Shown here: positions 9,706 to 20,801 of the stretch, piece by piece
How the letters are laid out: the number at the start of each line of letters is the position of its first letter
Numbering within the stretch: position 1 is the first letter of the stretch
NCBI GenBank assembly: GCA_963812605.1
Contig: CAWEWF010000014.1
Location: 352,001 to 416,000 of the forward strand
Length of the DNA: 64,000 nucleotides
Reading direction: 5' to 3'
DNA from: an uncultured Verrucomicrobiae bacterium
Lineage (GTDB): Bacteria > Verrucomicrobiota > Verrucomicrobiia > Palsa-1439
Notes under the pieces: generated by a model
What the model was told of the DNA's origin: nothing
Seen by the model: only the letters and a program-made list of their open reading frames with translations
Database searches by the model: none
Position numbers and translations under genes: made by a program

Positions 9706-9931
9706 ACCCACCCCTACCCCTCCAAGGAGGGGAACAATTTGTATAGGCCACGGTACAACATTACGCCGACGCGGGCGGTGATTGTGGTGGGGGATGACGG
9801 GAAGCGCGACGAAAAGGTGAGACCGGAGTGCTTTGGGAACGACCGGAGCACGACAGAGATCCTTCGCTTCGCTCAGGATGACAGGCTTGGGGAATTAGGG
9901 CGGAGACGGAAGGCGGTGCCTTCCCCCTACA
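9706..9931. repeat. REP-like palindromes of three types
   Basis: 9706-9735 CCCCTCCAAGGAGGGG type; 9856-9883 GAGATCCTTCGCTTCGCTCAGGATGACA; about 9908-9931 GGAAGGCGGTGCCTTCCCCCTACA (reverse GTAG type). Confidence 0.65.
9742..9810 (+). pseudogene. Fragment of SRAP (SOS response-associated peptidase) gene
   Basis: YRPRYNITPTRAVIVV resembles SRAP PRYNIAPTQ.V.VV; no MCGR start and no remainder; flanked by REP-like units. Confidence 0.5.
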
Positions 9932-9997
9932 ATTTGGAGACGGCAAGCGACGGCACAGGCGCACATGCCCGGCAACAGGTTTTGGGGCAACTTTTGC

Positions 9998-10294
9998 CTA
10001 CTGGTCGAAGGAGGCGAGGACTGAGTCAAATTCGCTGGTGCGGAAGGCGCGGAGGATCTGGGTTTTGAAGTGGCCCACGGAGGAGGTGCTGGCAGAGAAG
10101 GCGGCGATGGCTTCTTCGCTGGGGGCTTCGGCGAGGATGACGCCGTCGTATTGGCCCATGGTCCAGAGGAACTCGATGATCCGGATACCGAATTGGCCTG
10201 CCGCTTCCTTGGCGGCAGCAGCCCGTTTAATCGTATCCACAACGTTGCGGATTCCTTTGTCGGTGTATTGAAACAGCAAGACGTAGCCAGCCAT
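9998..10294 (-). CDS. GYD domain protein
   Basis: 98 aa; YTDKGI, WTMGQYDGV, TQILRAF. Confidence 0.85.
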   Translation of the reverse strand: MAGYVLLFQYTDKGIRNVVDTIKRAAAAKEAAGQFGIRIIEFLWTMGQYDGVILAEAPSEEAIAAFSASTSSVGHFKTQILRAFRTSEFDSVLASFDQ

Positions 10295-10408
10295 GGGTCA
10301 CGCTCCTTTGAGGTTAAGCTGAAATTTTCCCACAATCGGGGGTTGGTGTGCAACTATTTTTTACGATGGGGTTTATTTACGGGGGCGGGTAGAATCGTGC
10401 GCATCTTT

Positions 10409-11206
10409 ATGCTTCTCAGCGTAGAAATCGGCGGGACCAAGTTGCAAGTTGGCGTGTGCGACCGTAAGGGGAGCATCGTGCAACTGGTACGTGTCGCCGT
10501 GGTGCGACGCGACGGGGCGCGCGGGATTCTCAAGCAACTGGAAATAGTGATTCCTCCATTGCTCGCCGCGCATCGAGTGAAGGCGATCGGGGTTGGCTTT
10601 GGTGGGCCGGTTGATTCCTCGCACGGGCAGATCGTCCGCTCGTTTCATATCAAGGGTTGGGACGGGTTTCCCTTGCGGCGGTGGTTTGTGCAACGCTTCA
10701 AACTTCCGACGATCATCGAGAATGATACGAACGCGGCGGGGCTGGCGGAGGCGCTGATCGGTGCGGGTAAGGGGAGACGGGCTGTGTTATACTCGAATGT
10801 CGGCACCGGGATTGGCGGCGGGTTTGTGGTTGACGGGGTCATCCGCAATGGGCGCTTCGGAGCGACAGAAATCGGCCATATGCGATTCTTCGTCGGCGGT
10901 CGGTGGCGCATCCTGGAAGAATTGTCGTCGGGTTTGTCCATCGAGCGCGGCAAGACCACGCTGGCGCAATCGGCGAAGTATTATGGAGTCGCTCTTGCCA
11001 ATGCGATCACGTTGCTCAATCCGGACATTGTCGTAGTCGGTGGCGGCGTAGCGCGGGCCGGGGAGAAATTCCTGGGACCCGTGCGAGAGATCGCCAGACG
11101 TTTGGTATTTGAACCGTACCGACGGAATTTTCAGGTCGTCCCGGCGAAGCTGGGAGATACGGTGGTGGTTGTGGGTGCGGCGTTATTGGCTGCGCGCGGG
11201 ATTTGA
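10409..11206 (+). CDS. ROK-family sugar kinase
   Basis: EIGGTK, GVGFGGP, ENDTNAAGLAE, GTGIGGG, EIGH. Confidence 0.92.
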   Translation: MLLSVEIGGTKLQVGVCDRKGSIVQLVRVAVVRRDGARGILKQLEIVIPPLLAAHRVKAIGVGFGGPVDSSHGQIVRSFHIKGWDGFPLRRWFVQRFKLPTIIENDTNAAGLAEALIGAGKGRRAVLYSNVGTGIGGGFVVDGVIRNGRFGATEIGHMRFFVGGRWRILEELSSGLSIERGKTTLAQSAKYYGVALANAITLLNPDIVVVGGGVARAGEKFLGPVREIARRLVFEPYRRNFQVVPAKLGDTVVVVGAALLAARGI

Positions 11207-11209
11207 ACG

Positions 11210-12016
11210 ATGCGATACCTTGTTTTTGGGGATGTTCATGGGAACGTGGTGGCACTGGACGCGGTGCTGGAGGCGGGACGCGCCCGCGGGGTGGAGGCGT
11301 ATCTCTTTGTTGGGGACCTTGTCGGTTATGGCCCAAACCCGCTGGAATGCCTGGAACGGCTTTTGCCGCTGGCACAGCGCGGCAGCATGGCGTGGGTGTT
11401 GGGGAACCATGAATTGGTGGTTCGCGGGGATTTCGAGCCGGCGGGTTACAGCGCGGAAGCCCTCCAGACGCTCGAGTGGACGAGGAAACTATTCGAGTCC
11501 AATCCGGTGGCCAAGAATTTCCTGGCGTCGGGCCATCTGACGTCGGTCGCGAATGATGTGATTTGGTTGACGCACGATTCGCTGGCGGATCCGAGCAGCG
11601 GAGGCTATCACCGCTGGCCGCAGAACTCGAAAAGTGAGTTGGCCTGCCTGCGGTACAATAAGGGTCGCGTCTGTTTCTACGGGCACACCCATAAGATGCG
11701 GGCGGAACTGACCGAGGGAGAGAAGGCGGTCGTGCTGGTGCCGATGACCACTCACCAAACCGAGGGGATCGATGCGCATCCGATTCATTTGCGGCCGGGC
11801 GACCTGGGTTGGATCGGCACGGGCTCGGTAGGTTTTCCGACCAATCCCCAACGCCGTCCCGAGTTTCTGATCCTCGATGAAACGGACGGCAAGGACTGGC
11901 ACGTTGAGAAGTATGACGTGGCCTATGATCGCGAGCAAGCGCGTGAGCGGGTCCGCGTGGGGCTGGGAAGCGATTGCAGCAAGGAAGTCGTGGAGCGAAT
12001 CGTGCGCTGGCTCTAG
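11210..12016 (+). CDS. Metallophosphoesterase
   Basis: DVHGN, GDLVGYGP, GNHE, GHTH, GSVG. Confidence 0.9.
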   Translation: MRYLVFGDVHGNVVALDAVLEAGRARGVEAYLFVGDLVGYGPNPLECLERLLPLAQRGSMAWVLGNHELVVRGDFEPAGYSAEALQTLEWTRKLFESNPVAKNFLASGHLTSVANDVIWLTHDSLADPSSGGYHRWPQNSKSELACLRYNKGRVCFYGHTHKMRAELTEGEKAVVLVPMTTHQTEGIDAHPIHLRPGDLGWIGTGSVGFPTNPQRRPEFLILDETDGKDWHVEKYDVAYDREQARERVRVGLGSDCSKEVVERIVRWL

Positions 12017-12055
12017 TTCAGGCGAATTCCGCCGGGCGCGGCCGCGTGAAGCTGC

Positions 12056-12472
12056 TTAGTCGAGCAGTTGCTTGAGGCAGTTGATGAGGTGCTGAATGGG
12101 GAAGGGCTTGACGAGATATTTGGAGTCGGTCTGCGTCAGGAACAAATTGATCTTTGCTTCCGCGGCGAAGCCCGTAATGAAAATGAAACGGTCCGCCAGA
12201 ATGGGGCGCAGTTCGCGGGCTTGGAGGTAGAATTCATCGCCGCGCAACTTCGGCATCATAACGTCACAGACCACAGCGTCATACTCGTTGGCCTTCACTT
12301 TGACGAGGGCTTCCTCGCCGTCGTGGGCGACATCGACCAGGAAGTTCTCGTCCGCCAAGATCCATTGGAGGGCGGTGGCCAACTGTTTGTCGTCATCGAC
12401 GAGCAGGAGCGCTTTGAATTCGATGGTGTCGGAAGGCCGCACCGCCAAATCAGGCTGATTGTGAAGGTCCAT
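12056..12472 (-). CDS. Single-domain response regulator
   Basis: LLVDDD, CDVMMP, ITGF, KPF. Confidence 0.9.
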   Translation of the reverse strand: MDLHNQPDLAVRPSDTIEFKALLLVDDDKQLATALQWILADENFLVDVAHDGEEALVKVKANEYDAVVCDVMMPKLRGDEFYLQARELRPILADRFIFITGFAAEAKINLFLTQTDSKYLVKPFPIQHLINCLKQLLD

Positions 12473-12753
12473 AAGTTGGACTAGTTGAAAAGCAACTGAA
12501 GTGCCAATCATTGGCGCTCGTATGTGCGAGGGGCATCGCGATCAGGGCATAAAAATGGCGTATTTGCACCAAATTCGTAAAAATGAGTGGGGCCATGAAC
12601 GATTTTGTTGTGGTGATAAAAAGAGGGAATTTTAGAAGCGGGTTTTTATCCGCAAAAATGCGTGGTTTTGCGCCGTAACGTTTGTTGGCCCAGTGGAATA
12701 CGAGCTTGAGTGAATGTGGCTCTGACGTGGTGAGATTGGCTCCAATTCCGGCG

Positions 12754-12781
12754 TTGACAAGGTCGGCGCTTTTTCTATACT
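12754..12781 (+). promoter_or_regulatory. Sigma70 promoter of cold-shock gene
   Basis: TTGACA-16 nt-TATACT, about 97 nt before the ATG. Confidence 0.75.
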
Positions 12782-12878
12782 TCGCCTGAAGTCTTCGGAA
12801 ATGCACCGCCGGTCCGAAGGTTTTGGAACGGCGCTCTGCCATACGGGACTGAACGAAGAAAGGCGAATGGAGAAGCAT

Positions 12879-13079
12879 ATGGCATCTGGCAAAGTGAAGT
12901 GGTTCGATACGAAAAAGGGTTTCGGGTTCATTCAACAGGAAGGCGGGGCGGATGTGTTCGTGCATTACACGAGCATTTCCGGTAACGGCTTCAAAAATTT
13001 GGAGGAAGGCCAGGCGGTCGAATTTGAGTTGGTCGATTCGCCGAAGGGTCCCAAGGCATCGAACGTAATCGCAAAGTAG
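12879..13079 (+). CDS. Cold-shock protein (CspA family)
   Basis: GKVKWFD.KKGFGFI, DVFVHY, GFKNL.EGQ; SD GGAG. Confidence 0.97.
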   Translation: MASGKVKWFDTKKGFGFIQQEGGADVFVHYTSISGNGFKNLEEGQAVEFELVDSPKGPKASNVIAK

Positions 13080-13094
13080 GCAATATTCCCAAAC

Positions 13095-13137
13095 AAGAAC
13101 CCCCGGCAACACGGGTTGCGCGGGGGTTCTTCTTTTT
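13095..13137 (+). terminator. Intrinsic terminator
   Basis: AAGAACCCCCG...CGGGGGTTCTT then CTTTTT. Confidence 0.85.
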
Positions 13138-13160
13138 GCGTGAGGTCACTCTCGCTCCGG

Positions 13161-14108
13161 TCATGCCTTGCCAGGATTTGTGAAATAGGTCGAAAACCGG
13201 CCCTTCTTCAAGCGCCGGAACTCGTCCGATTGTTCGCGTTTGGTTTGCCGATAATCTCGCACGCCGCTGCTGTCGCATCCCAACAAAAGCGCGTGGGCCT
13301 TGTAAACCCGGGGCCGACCGATGACGCGGACTTTGCCAGGTTGCGGCGCGGGTCGTTTATCCAGCACAAGGAAACTCAAGGGCAGGCTGCGAAGATCCAC
13401 GCCAGCGATTTTCGCGAACCGCGCCCAATGGCCATCCATAAACACCTCGGGCGGGGACGGAGCGAAGTGGTGGCACCAATGCCGCTCATTCTCCGGCGTC
13501 AACATGCCGCACGCAGCCTGATGCGTACAGGGCGATACGACCTGGAACATGCTCCGCAGCCGTTCCCTGACCGCAATCAACTTACGGCTCGCGTCGTAAG
13601 TCCCAGGTTCGACCCAAATTACTGACGTCGCGTGAGTGGCCAAGACGAGCAGTTCATCGAGTTGAGCGTCGGCGAATTCGGTGAGCACGTGGCTGATCAG
13701 AAGCGTGCCGGACATGCGTTCGGGTGGTCGTTCCAGCCACACCTTGATATCTGGAAAAACCTCGCGCGCTTTGTGCGCGGCGAATTCCATGGCCAAGGGC
13801 GAGCGGTCCCAAAAGTGATACGTAGTTGAGGAATCCGGCCCGAAATGCTCCAGAAACGAGCGCGTGGCGATTCCGCTGCCACAACCCCAGTCGATGACTT
13901 CACCCGCAGTTGCTGGCGGCGACCAGCCGCGTTGCTTCAATTCATTGAGGACGTAGTCCCACTTCCAACGAATCCGCTGGCCGAACGTCTGGTCGTAACT
14001 TTCCAGGTCGCTCTCGGCGTGCCAGTAATCCTTCGCGCCAGCGGTGCCATCAAGAAACGCCGTGCGCAGTCGCTCCAGCGCCTTCCAGTCAACTTTCTCC
14101 CAGTCCAT
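13161..14108 (-). CDS. Rsm22-like SAM methyltransferase
   Basis: DWGCGSG, SHVLTE, VEPGT, SPCTH..C..WCHH. Confidence 0.8.
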   Translation of the reverse strand: MDWEKVDWKALERLRTAFLDGTAGAKDYWHAESDLESYDQTFGQRIRWKWDYVLNELKQRGWSPPATAGEVIDWGCGSGIATRSFLEHFGPDSSTTYHFWDRSPLAMEFAAHKAREVFPDIKVWLERPPERMSGTLLISHVLTEFADAQLDELLVLATHATSVIWVEPGTYDASRKLIAVRERLRSMFQVVSPCTHQAACGMLTPENERHWCHHFAPSPPEVFMDGHWARFAKIAGVDLRSLPLSFLVLDKRPAPQPGKVRVIGRPRVYKAHALLLGCDSSGVRDYRQTKREQSDEFRRLKKGRFSTYFTNPGKA

Positions 14109-15285
14109 GTGTTAGCAGCGAATCCAAAGAGTGGTGTTTGATTCCGAAGAATTCCTTGAACCGATCGATCCGGTCGCGAGCGGCTGTTGACGTGAACGGC
14201 TCCGCGCGCCGCACCGCAGCAATCATCAGGTTCTTGGGCGTATGTTCGGTCGACACGAATTCAATCATCTTCGTTTGGTACCCGGCCCATTCCAGGAACA
14301 GCGCGCGCAGGCCGTCGGTGGACCATTCCGCCATGCGTTCAGCCATCAGGCCGTGTTCCAGCACCGGCGCCAGCGGCGCGGGACGGCCCATCTGCGGACG
14401 CACTTCCTGGTGACAGCATGGCGCTACAATAATTAGCTGTGCACCCAACTCGATGCCACGGCGGATCGCATTGTCCGTGGCTGTGTCGCACGCGTGCAGG
14501 GCAATCAGCGCATCGATTTTCGGCAAGGTGACGCTTTCAATCGTGCCTGCCATGAATTCCAAACCTTCCGCGCTGATCTTTCGGGCGAGCGCGTTGGCCG
14601 ACCCGACAAGCTCCGGCCGCGCCTCCACGCCAATTACCCGGACCGGTCGTTTCCAAAAACGCGCGAACAAGTGCCACAAACCAAACGTCAAATAGCCCTT
14701 GCCGCAGCCCATGTCCGCAATAGTTAGCCTGTCACGGCTCTCCGTCCATCCGCAATCCTTCGCGAGGTGCGTAAAAATCTCCAGGTAATGGTTGATCTGC
14801 GCGTATTTGTCCGCCATCGCGGGACGCACCTGCCCTCGGTCATTGACCACCCCCAATCCGTCGAGCCAATCGCGCGCTGAATCGTCCAGGATTGTTTCCC
14901 GCGGACGATCGTGCGCGCGTGAAGGCGCTGCCGTTGAAGACGGTTTGTGAGTCGTCAGTTTCGCGACGCCCGACCCGGTCACGAATAGTTGCCAGTCCCG
15001 CTTCGTGGTGCTGAGGAGTGCGCTGCGAAAATGCGCGCTGACCTGTTCCTTCGCCCAACCGGCCACTTCGCCCACCGGTAAGTTCTTGGTGACGTCGTGG
15101 GTTGCGTGCCGATAGGTGAGCGAGAGATGCGGACCGCCCTTCAACGTGACCAATCTTCCCAGTACCTTCTCCGGCGCGCCTTCTCCTTGGACTGGCCCGG
15201 AAAATACAAGTCGCACAAACGTGCCATCCTGCAGGCTGGTCGCCAGCCGTTGCGCAAATTCATCGTCAGGATTCGCTTTGGCCAT
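14089..15285 (-). CDS. SAM-dependent methyltransferase (Methyltransf_32-like)
   Basis: K..QINHY, DMGCGKGYLTF, ALHACDTATD, APCCH, EHTPKN. Confidence 0.88.
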   Translation of the reverse strand: MAKANPDDEFAQRLATSLQDGTFVRLVFSGPVQGEGAPEKVLGRLVTLKGGPHLSLTYRHATHDVTKNLPVGEVAGWAKEQVSAHFRSALLSTTKRDWQLFVTGSGVAKLTTHKPSSTAAPSRAHDRPRETILDDSARDWLDGLGVVNDRGQVRPAMADKYAQINHYLEIFTHLAKDCGWTESRDRLTIADMGCGKGYLTFGLWHLFARFWKRPVRVIGVEARPELVGSANALARKISAEGLEFMAGTIESVTLPKIDALIALHACDTATDNAIRRGIELGAQLIIVAPCCHQEVRPQMGRPAPLAPVLEHGLMAERMAEWSTDGLRALFLEWAGYQTKMIEFVSTEHTPKNLMIAAVRRAEPFTSTAARDRIDRFKEFFGIKHHSLDSLLTHGLGES

Positions 15286-15336
15286 GCTGCCAATTGTAGC
15301 CGCAAAGTGCGATTATGGCGACTTGCTCCGTCTTAG

Positions 15337-15789
15337 CTATTTGACCTGCGACGTGCAGTGCGGGCAGCGTGTGGCTTTGAGCGGAATGTCCAACAGACAG
15401 TACTCACATAATTTGGTGGACGGCGCAGGCGTGGGGTCCGCGGCTTGTTTGTGCTGCAAGGTGTTCATGGCTTTGATGACCAAAAAAATGCACAGCGCCA
15501 CGATAAGAAAGTCGATCACCGTATTGATAAATGAGCCGTACGCGATTACTGCCACGCCGGCCGCTTTGGCGTCGGCCAGCGATTTGTATGGCCCCTTGCT
15601 GCTATCGAGGTTAATGAACAAGTCGCTGAAATTAACGTTGCCCATCGCTTTGCCAATCGGCGGCATGATGATGTCGTTGACCGCCGAGGTGACGATCTTG
15701 CCAAAGGCGCCGCCGATGATCACACCGACCGCCAGGTCGACCACGCTGCCGCGCATCGCAAATTCCTTGAACTCTTTGATCATTCCCAT
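15337..15789 (-). CDS. mscL: Large-conductance mechanosensitive channel
   Basis: [33 protein letters not shown]; C-terminal C..C...CPHC. Confidence 0.96.
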   Translation of the reverse strand: MGMIKEFKEFAMRGSVVDLAVGVIIGGAFGKIVTSAVNDIIMPPIGKAMGNVNFSDLFINLDSSKGPYKSLADAKAAGVAVIAYGSFINTVIDFLIVALCIFLVIKAMNTLQHKQAADPTPAPSTKLCEYCLLDIPLKATRCPHCTSQVK

Positions 15790-15940
15790 GACGGTGTCTC
15801 CTTTTCCGTTGGTATTATCGTTTGTGTCGGTTTGTTTGATTCTGCCCGCAGTAGCCTCACCAGATGAACCACGAGGGTGTTGTACCGAATCTTCGTCCGA
15901 AAGGCAACCGAAGAGGGTTTTGCGAAGAGGCCTTGTAAAG

Positions 15941-16336
15941 TTACTTCGGCCCGGGCATCGGCACCGCGCGCTTCACCAGTTGAACAGCGAAACCCCACGG
16001 GTCGCGAAGCATGGCGAGGTTATCACCGAGGGGATTGGTGTCCACTTCGCCTTCGGCGGTTGCTCCGGCCAATAACAATCGTGCGCGGGTCGCTCGTACG
16101 TCGTCCACGGCGAATGCGAGGTGCATCACCAATGGATCCATTTTAGCGTACGCGGGCACTGGCGCTTTCGCGTTGTAGTAAATCTCAATCATCGACTGGT
16201 TTTCCGCGTCGACAAGAAAATGCGCATGCCACGGCGGGCCGGATACTCGCACCACGCGCATCTGCAAGTGTTCGGTATACCAATGCGCCATGGCAACGGG
16301 CTCGGCGACGTTGAAGCCCACATGCTCAATTCTCAT
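15941..16336 (-). CDS. VOC/glyoxalase family protein
   Basis: [21 protein letters not shown]. Confidence 0.88.
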   Translation of the reverse strand: MRIEHVGFNVAEPVAMAHWYTEHLQMRVVRVSGPPWHAHFLVDAENQSMIEIYYNAKAPVPAYAKMDPLVMHLAFAVDDVRATRARLLLAGATAEGEVDTNPLGDNLAMLRDPWGFAVQLVKRAVPMPGPK

Positions 16337-16663
16337 ATCGGTGGACGCAGGCATAACCGATGGCGGGATAAAGGGGAAGCCGCAAGTTGTAGCGGTCAAT
16401 CCCATTGCTCCGGCAGAGCATTAGCGGCGGCGGAAGCCTTCGCGAAGGCGGATGTCAAAGAACCGGCCAAGCATAACCGCCTTGTCGCGCCTCGTCCCCG
16501 TAAAAGTATTGATTATCGATATAGGAGCGAAATCTATTTCTGGCCTGCCGCCTTGCTTTGTCGAGGCGTCCATCGCGTAACGCCAGATCAGGACATTCCC
16601 CAAACCTGCGTTGGGCTTGCCAACGGTATGCGACTTCTGGGAGTATCAGCCACGCTGGAGCCG

Positions 16664-19088
16664 ATGGACTATCACCTGCATCAACAGGGTCAGACTGTAG
16701 GCGCTTTCCCGCTGGAGGAGTTGTGTCGTCGTCGTAAAGCCGGGGAGTTGACAGGTTCAGAGCTGGTCTGGTGCCAGGGCATGGCCGAATGGCAGCCGCT
16801 CGATACCGTATTGCAGCGGGAAATGCCGGGGGCTGGCCCTGCGCCAACTCCGCTTCCAAAATCAGAATCGAACCTGATTCCGACGTTGATGATGATCGGG
16901 GTCGTTCTCGGGGGCGTGGTTATCCTGGCGGTATTTGGATTCCTGATCTTGTATCGCGTCCACGGCCTTTCACCCGCCGTGCGGCAAGCGGTCGCGGCTG
17001 TGGAACGGCCGGGGAGGGCATCATCGGCTTTGGAGGAAGCCAGCAAGCCCGTCCGGTGGACCACCAATACCCTGACGGCGGCGAAGATGGCGGTAAAGAA
17101 GAAGGAGTTTCGCATCCGCCAGTACCTGGAGCCCTACGAGAAGTACGGCGACCGCAATTCGGCGTATGACGCAGAAGCCTTGCAAATGATCAAGACCTGG
17201 ATTGATACTGGTTTTGGAGGCCCGCTCCAAACAAACAATCAATCGGTTGTGGAGATGTGCGACAAACTGGCGGCCAACCCCGCGTGCGACGATCCGCTGG
17301 TATTATCACTGACCGGTGCCAATGAGATCGAGATGCAGGAAGCGGTGCGACGATTTGACCGCGCGCTGAAAGGCTATGAGCATTCCCATTACAAGGCGTA
17401 TCCCCGGTTTTACGCAACCGTGATGCTGGCTACCGATTTGGCCAATTTGCATCGCGACTCACACCGTGTGGCCGAACTGGATTATTCGGCGAAACGATTG
17501 CTCAAGGACGCCTTGCAGGACGGCAGTATCCAGCCGGAGGATCAAGCGGAATTTGCGGATATCCTGATCGGGGGCTGGGGGAATGGATTTATCGAGCGCA
17601 GCGGGGCGGCGCTTCCGTCGATTGTCGAAACTGCCGGAGGAGATCGCTTCCAATGGTTGGCGCTCATGCTCGAAGGCGAATACGAAATCGAGGCCGCATG
17701 GAAGGCGCGTGGACACGGTTTTGCGGACACGGTGACTCAGGAAGGCTGGAAGGATTTTCACGACCACATAGAGAAGGCTCGCGCAAGCATCTCCAAAGCT
17801 TGGGAGCTCCGGCCCGATCTTCCTTACGCCGCCAGCCAAATGATGAGCGTTTGCCAGGGCGACTCCGGAATCAAGGAGATGCGCTTGTGGTTCGATCGCA
17901 CGGTCGCCCTTCAGATTGACTTTTTTGGGGCTTGGAACAGCCTCCGTATGGGACTTCGCCCACGCTGGTACGGGGATCTTGATTCCATGCTGGCCCTAGG
18001 GGTCGCTGCCGCCAATACCCGGCGCTATGATACGGACGTTCCTCGCAAGCTCTTTGACTCGATTTCTGATGTGGAGACCGATCTCGAATTACCGCCCGGT
18101 CAGCACATCTACGGGCGCGAGGATATCTGGCCGCATCTGCAGGAGATGTATGAAGGCTATATTGCGGAGCCTTCACGGGCCAAAGAGCACGATGGGTGGC
18201 GGAGCGCCTACTCCATTGTTGCGTACCTCGCCGGGAAATACGATGTGGCCCGAACGCAATTGCAAGCGATTAACTGGCAGCCGGTGCCGGGAAATTTCCC
18301 GGGCTGGGGCCGTGACATGGTGCTCATGCCTTTGGAAGTGGCCGCTCGCACCAGTCCGGTGGGAAAACAGATTGAGGCTGCCGAATCCGCGAGCCACAAC
18401 GGAAACATCGAGGAAGCGTTGCGGATTTACACGGAATTGAACTCCGCGACAAACACCGACGAACGAACACAATCGTTCGTGCATGAGCGATTGAACACGT
18501 TGACGACGGAACAGCGCTTGCAGTCGGGCAAGTGGGTTGATTTTCTCCCAACAGGAGAGGGTCTGACCGGTTGGACGGTTGGACGCGGGCACTGCACGGC
18601 AATGCCGGACGGCTCGCTGGTGGTTCGATCCGACCAGAATGGGCACATTGTTTACTCGCGCGCGCGGGTTGGTACCGAGTTTGAAGTGCGCGGCACATTC
18701 GAGGTTGTGCAAAGCTCGACGAACGTCCTTTCAGGCTGGCGTGGTCATGGGGCTGCCGCAGTTCGGGTATCTCGGATGGTATGGTTTTCGCATCAAGCGG
18801 AATAGGGATGAAGGCGATGTTGCCAGCTTCGCGGCAGGCTGGAGCACGAGACAAATTTCCAAGCCAGTCACGCTCAACAGTGAGACCAATACGTTCTATC
18901 TTCGCTTTCAAAACGGCTTGGTCAGCGCCACCGTAAACGACGAGCCGATCATCAAGGACATAAAGCTACCCGAAATCCCCGGTGTCCCTACGAACGAAAT
19001 GCTCGTGGGACTGGGCGCGTACAATGATACGAATGATACCGTGATCCGCTATCGCAACGTGCAGATCCGGAGTCTCGCGACACGCTAG
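16664..19088 (+). CDS. GYF_2 domain + TM + DUF4034-like large protein; frameshift near 18725
   Basis: N-terminal G.F.LEEL...LVWCQGMAEWQPL; TM helix; AWKARG.GFA.TV...GW..F; C-terminus continues in ORF 18579-19088 (FQAGVVMG...). Confidence 0.7.
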
Positions 19089-19444
19089 CGCGATTCCTGG
19101 CTCGGCTGTTTGGTGATCTTTCCCCAGACAGCGATGGAGGCGACGACCAGCACCCAGAACGGAAACACGGCGATGCCCGGGATCGCTTCGGCGATCAACC
19201 CGGGGAGGATCAGCCATTGCCGGCCGAGGATGAGGAAGAGGAGAAAGGCCGTGACCACGTCGAGCAGCCATTGCAACGGCGGCGCAAAAGCGACGGCCAC
19301 CGCGCAGATATCCGAAATCGCCGCGACCGCGAACGCGAGCACGAGCCGCTTCTTCCGGTAACCGGACTGTGGCGACTCAATCCGTGGAGGGGTTTCTATC
19401 GGTCGCGGCGCTTCCTCCTTCGGCAATAATTCCCAGTCGGGCAT
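19085..19444 (-). CDS. Small membrane hypothetical protein
   Basis: LAFAVAAISD, LLDVVTA, E.IPG...FPFW; three hydrophobic segments. Confidence 0.7.
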   Translation of the reverse strand: MPDWELLPKEEAPRPIETPPRIESPQSGYRKKRLVLAFAVAAISDICAVAVAFAPPLQWLLDVVTAFLLFLILGRQWLILPGLIAEAIPGIAVFPFWVLVVASIAVWGKITKQPSQESR

Positions 19445-19461
19445 GCAGACATCTCCGTATT

Positions 19462-19484
19462 GTAGGGCAGGCGCTCCGCCTGCC
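19462..19484 (+). repeat. GTAG-type REP
   Basis: GTAG-GGCAGGCG-CTC-CGCCTGCC. Confidence 0.65.
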
Positions 19485-19621
19485 ATTCCGGGTTGTGCGA
19501 GGGTCTTCCGATCCCGCACTGTTTTCGACCGAAGGTCTCCAGTGAACGGCGCGGTCAGGGAGCCGAGTTCGACGAGACCTGCGGAGCAGAAACCGGCGCC
19601 GAACATCCTTTTTCCCCGTGC

Positions 19622-20086
19622 CTAATTCACGCCCAGCAGTTCGACTTCGAATACCAGCGTGGCATTCGGGGGGATCACGCCGCCCGCGCCCCTTGCGCCG
19701 TAACCCAGATCGGACGGAATGGTGAGCTTGCGAATGCCGCCCACCTTCATTCCCGCAACGCCCTGGTCCCAGCCTTTGATGACCTGGCCGCCACCTAGTT
19801 GGAAGGTGAACGGCTGTCCGCGGTCCTTGGACGAATCAAACTTTGTGCCGTCGGTGAGCCAGCCCGTATAATGGACCGTCACGCGCTTCCCGGCAACGGC
19901 TTCGTCACCTGTCCCGATTTTAGAATCTTCCTTTTGCAATTCAGTCACAGTAGCTCCTGGTTGTGCGGGCGCAACGACGGCCCGCGGTGATGCCGCCGGT
20001 GCGTTCGAATCGGGTGCCTCCTGCTTCTCGCACGCCGAAGCGAGGACGATGAGACAAAGGGCCAATGAATAAAGGGCTCGATCCAT
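19622..20086 (-). CDS. FKBP-type PPIase, lipoprotein
   Basis: LASAC lipobox; [36 protein letters not shown]. Confidence 0.95.
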   Translation of the reverse strand: MDRALYSLALCLIVLASACEKQEAPDSNAPAASPRAVVAPAQPGATVTELQKEDSKIGTGDEAVAGKRVTVHYTGWLTDGTKFDSSKDRGQPFTFQLGGGQVIKGWDQGVAGMKVGGIRKLTIPSDLGYGARGAGGVIPPNATLVFEVELLGVN

Positions 20087-20088
20087 TC

Positions 20089-20670
20089 CTAATTCACTCC
20101 CAGCAGTTCCACCTCAAACACCAGCGTGGCATTGTGGGGAATCACGCCACCCGCGCCGCTGACGACGCCGTAGCCCAGCTCGGGTGGAATGGTCAGTTTG
20201 CGAATGCCGCCCACCTTCATTCCCACAATACCCTGGTCCCACCCCTCGATGACCTGGCCGCCGCCCAGTTGGAAGGTGAACGGCTGTCCGCGGTCCCTGG
20301 ACGAGTCAAACTTTTTGCCGTTAGTGAGCCAGCCCGTGTACTGGACTGACACAAGCTTGCCCGTCGTGGCCTCGTCACCCGTGCCAACTTTGGTATCTTC
20401 AATTTTCAACCCGGTCACAGCAGCTTCTGGTGGAGTGGGCGTAGCTGCCACCGGTTGAGTGGACGCAACGGTCGTGGGTTGAGCTGATGTAGCAGCGGTA
20501 GCTGGTTGCGCCGCCGAGGTAGTTGTAGCCGCAGGCGGTGACTGCGGCCCCGCCGTTTCGGCCTGTTTGGGCGCATCGCTCTGCGAGCAAGCCGTCGCGA
20601 GCACGACCAGCACAAGAACGAATGCATACGCGACGACAAATCGACGCAACATCAAGGATGCGTTCTTCAT
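20089..20670 (-). CDS. FKBP-type PPIase, lipoprotein (tandem paralog)
   Basis: LATAC lipobox; Ala/Thr/Pro linker; [28 protein letters not shown]. Confidence 0.95.
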   Translation of the reverse strand: MKNASLMLRRFVVAYAFVLVLVVLATACSQSDAPKQAETAGPQSPPAATTTSAAQPATAATSAQPTTVASTQPVAATPTPPEAAVTGLKIEDTKVGTGDEATTGKLVSVQYTGWLTNGKKFDSSRDRGQPFTFQLGGGQVIEGWDQGIVGMKVGGIRKLTIPPELGYGVVSGAGGVIPHNATLVFEVELLGVN

Positions 20671-20801
20671 GGTCATGCGTGGAAGTCTAATGACCGCGAA
20701 CGGCGATTGCAAGTGTGGTGGCGCTTGCCACAGCTCCAGCCCGAACTTGCTACAGGAGAATCAATCCCATAGAATTGTACCGATATGCGAGAGGAGGCGT
20801 T

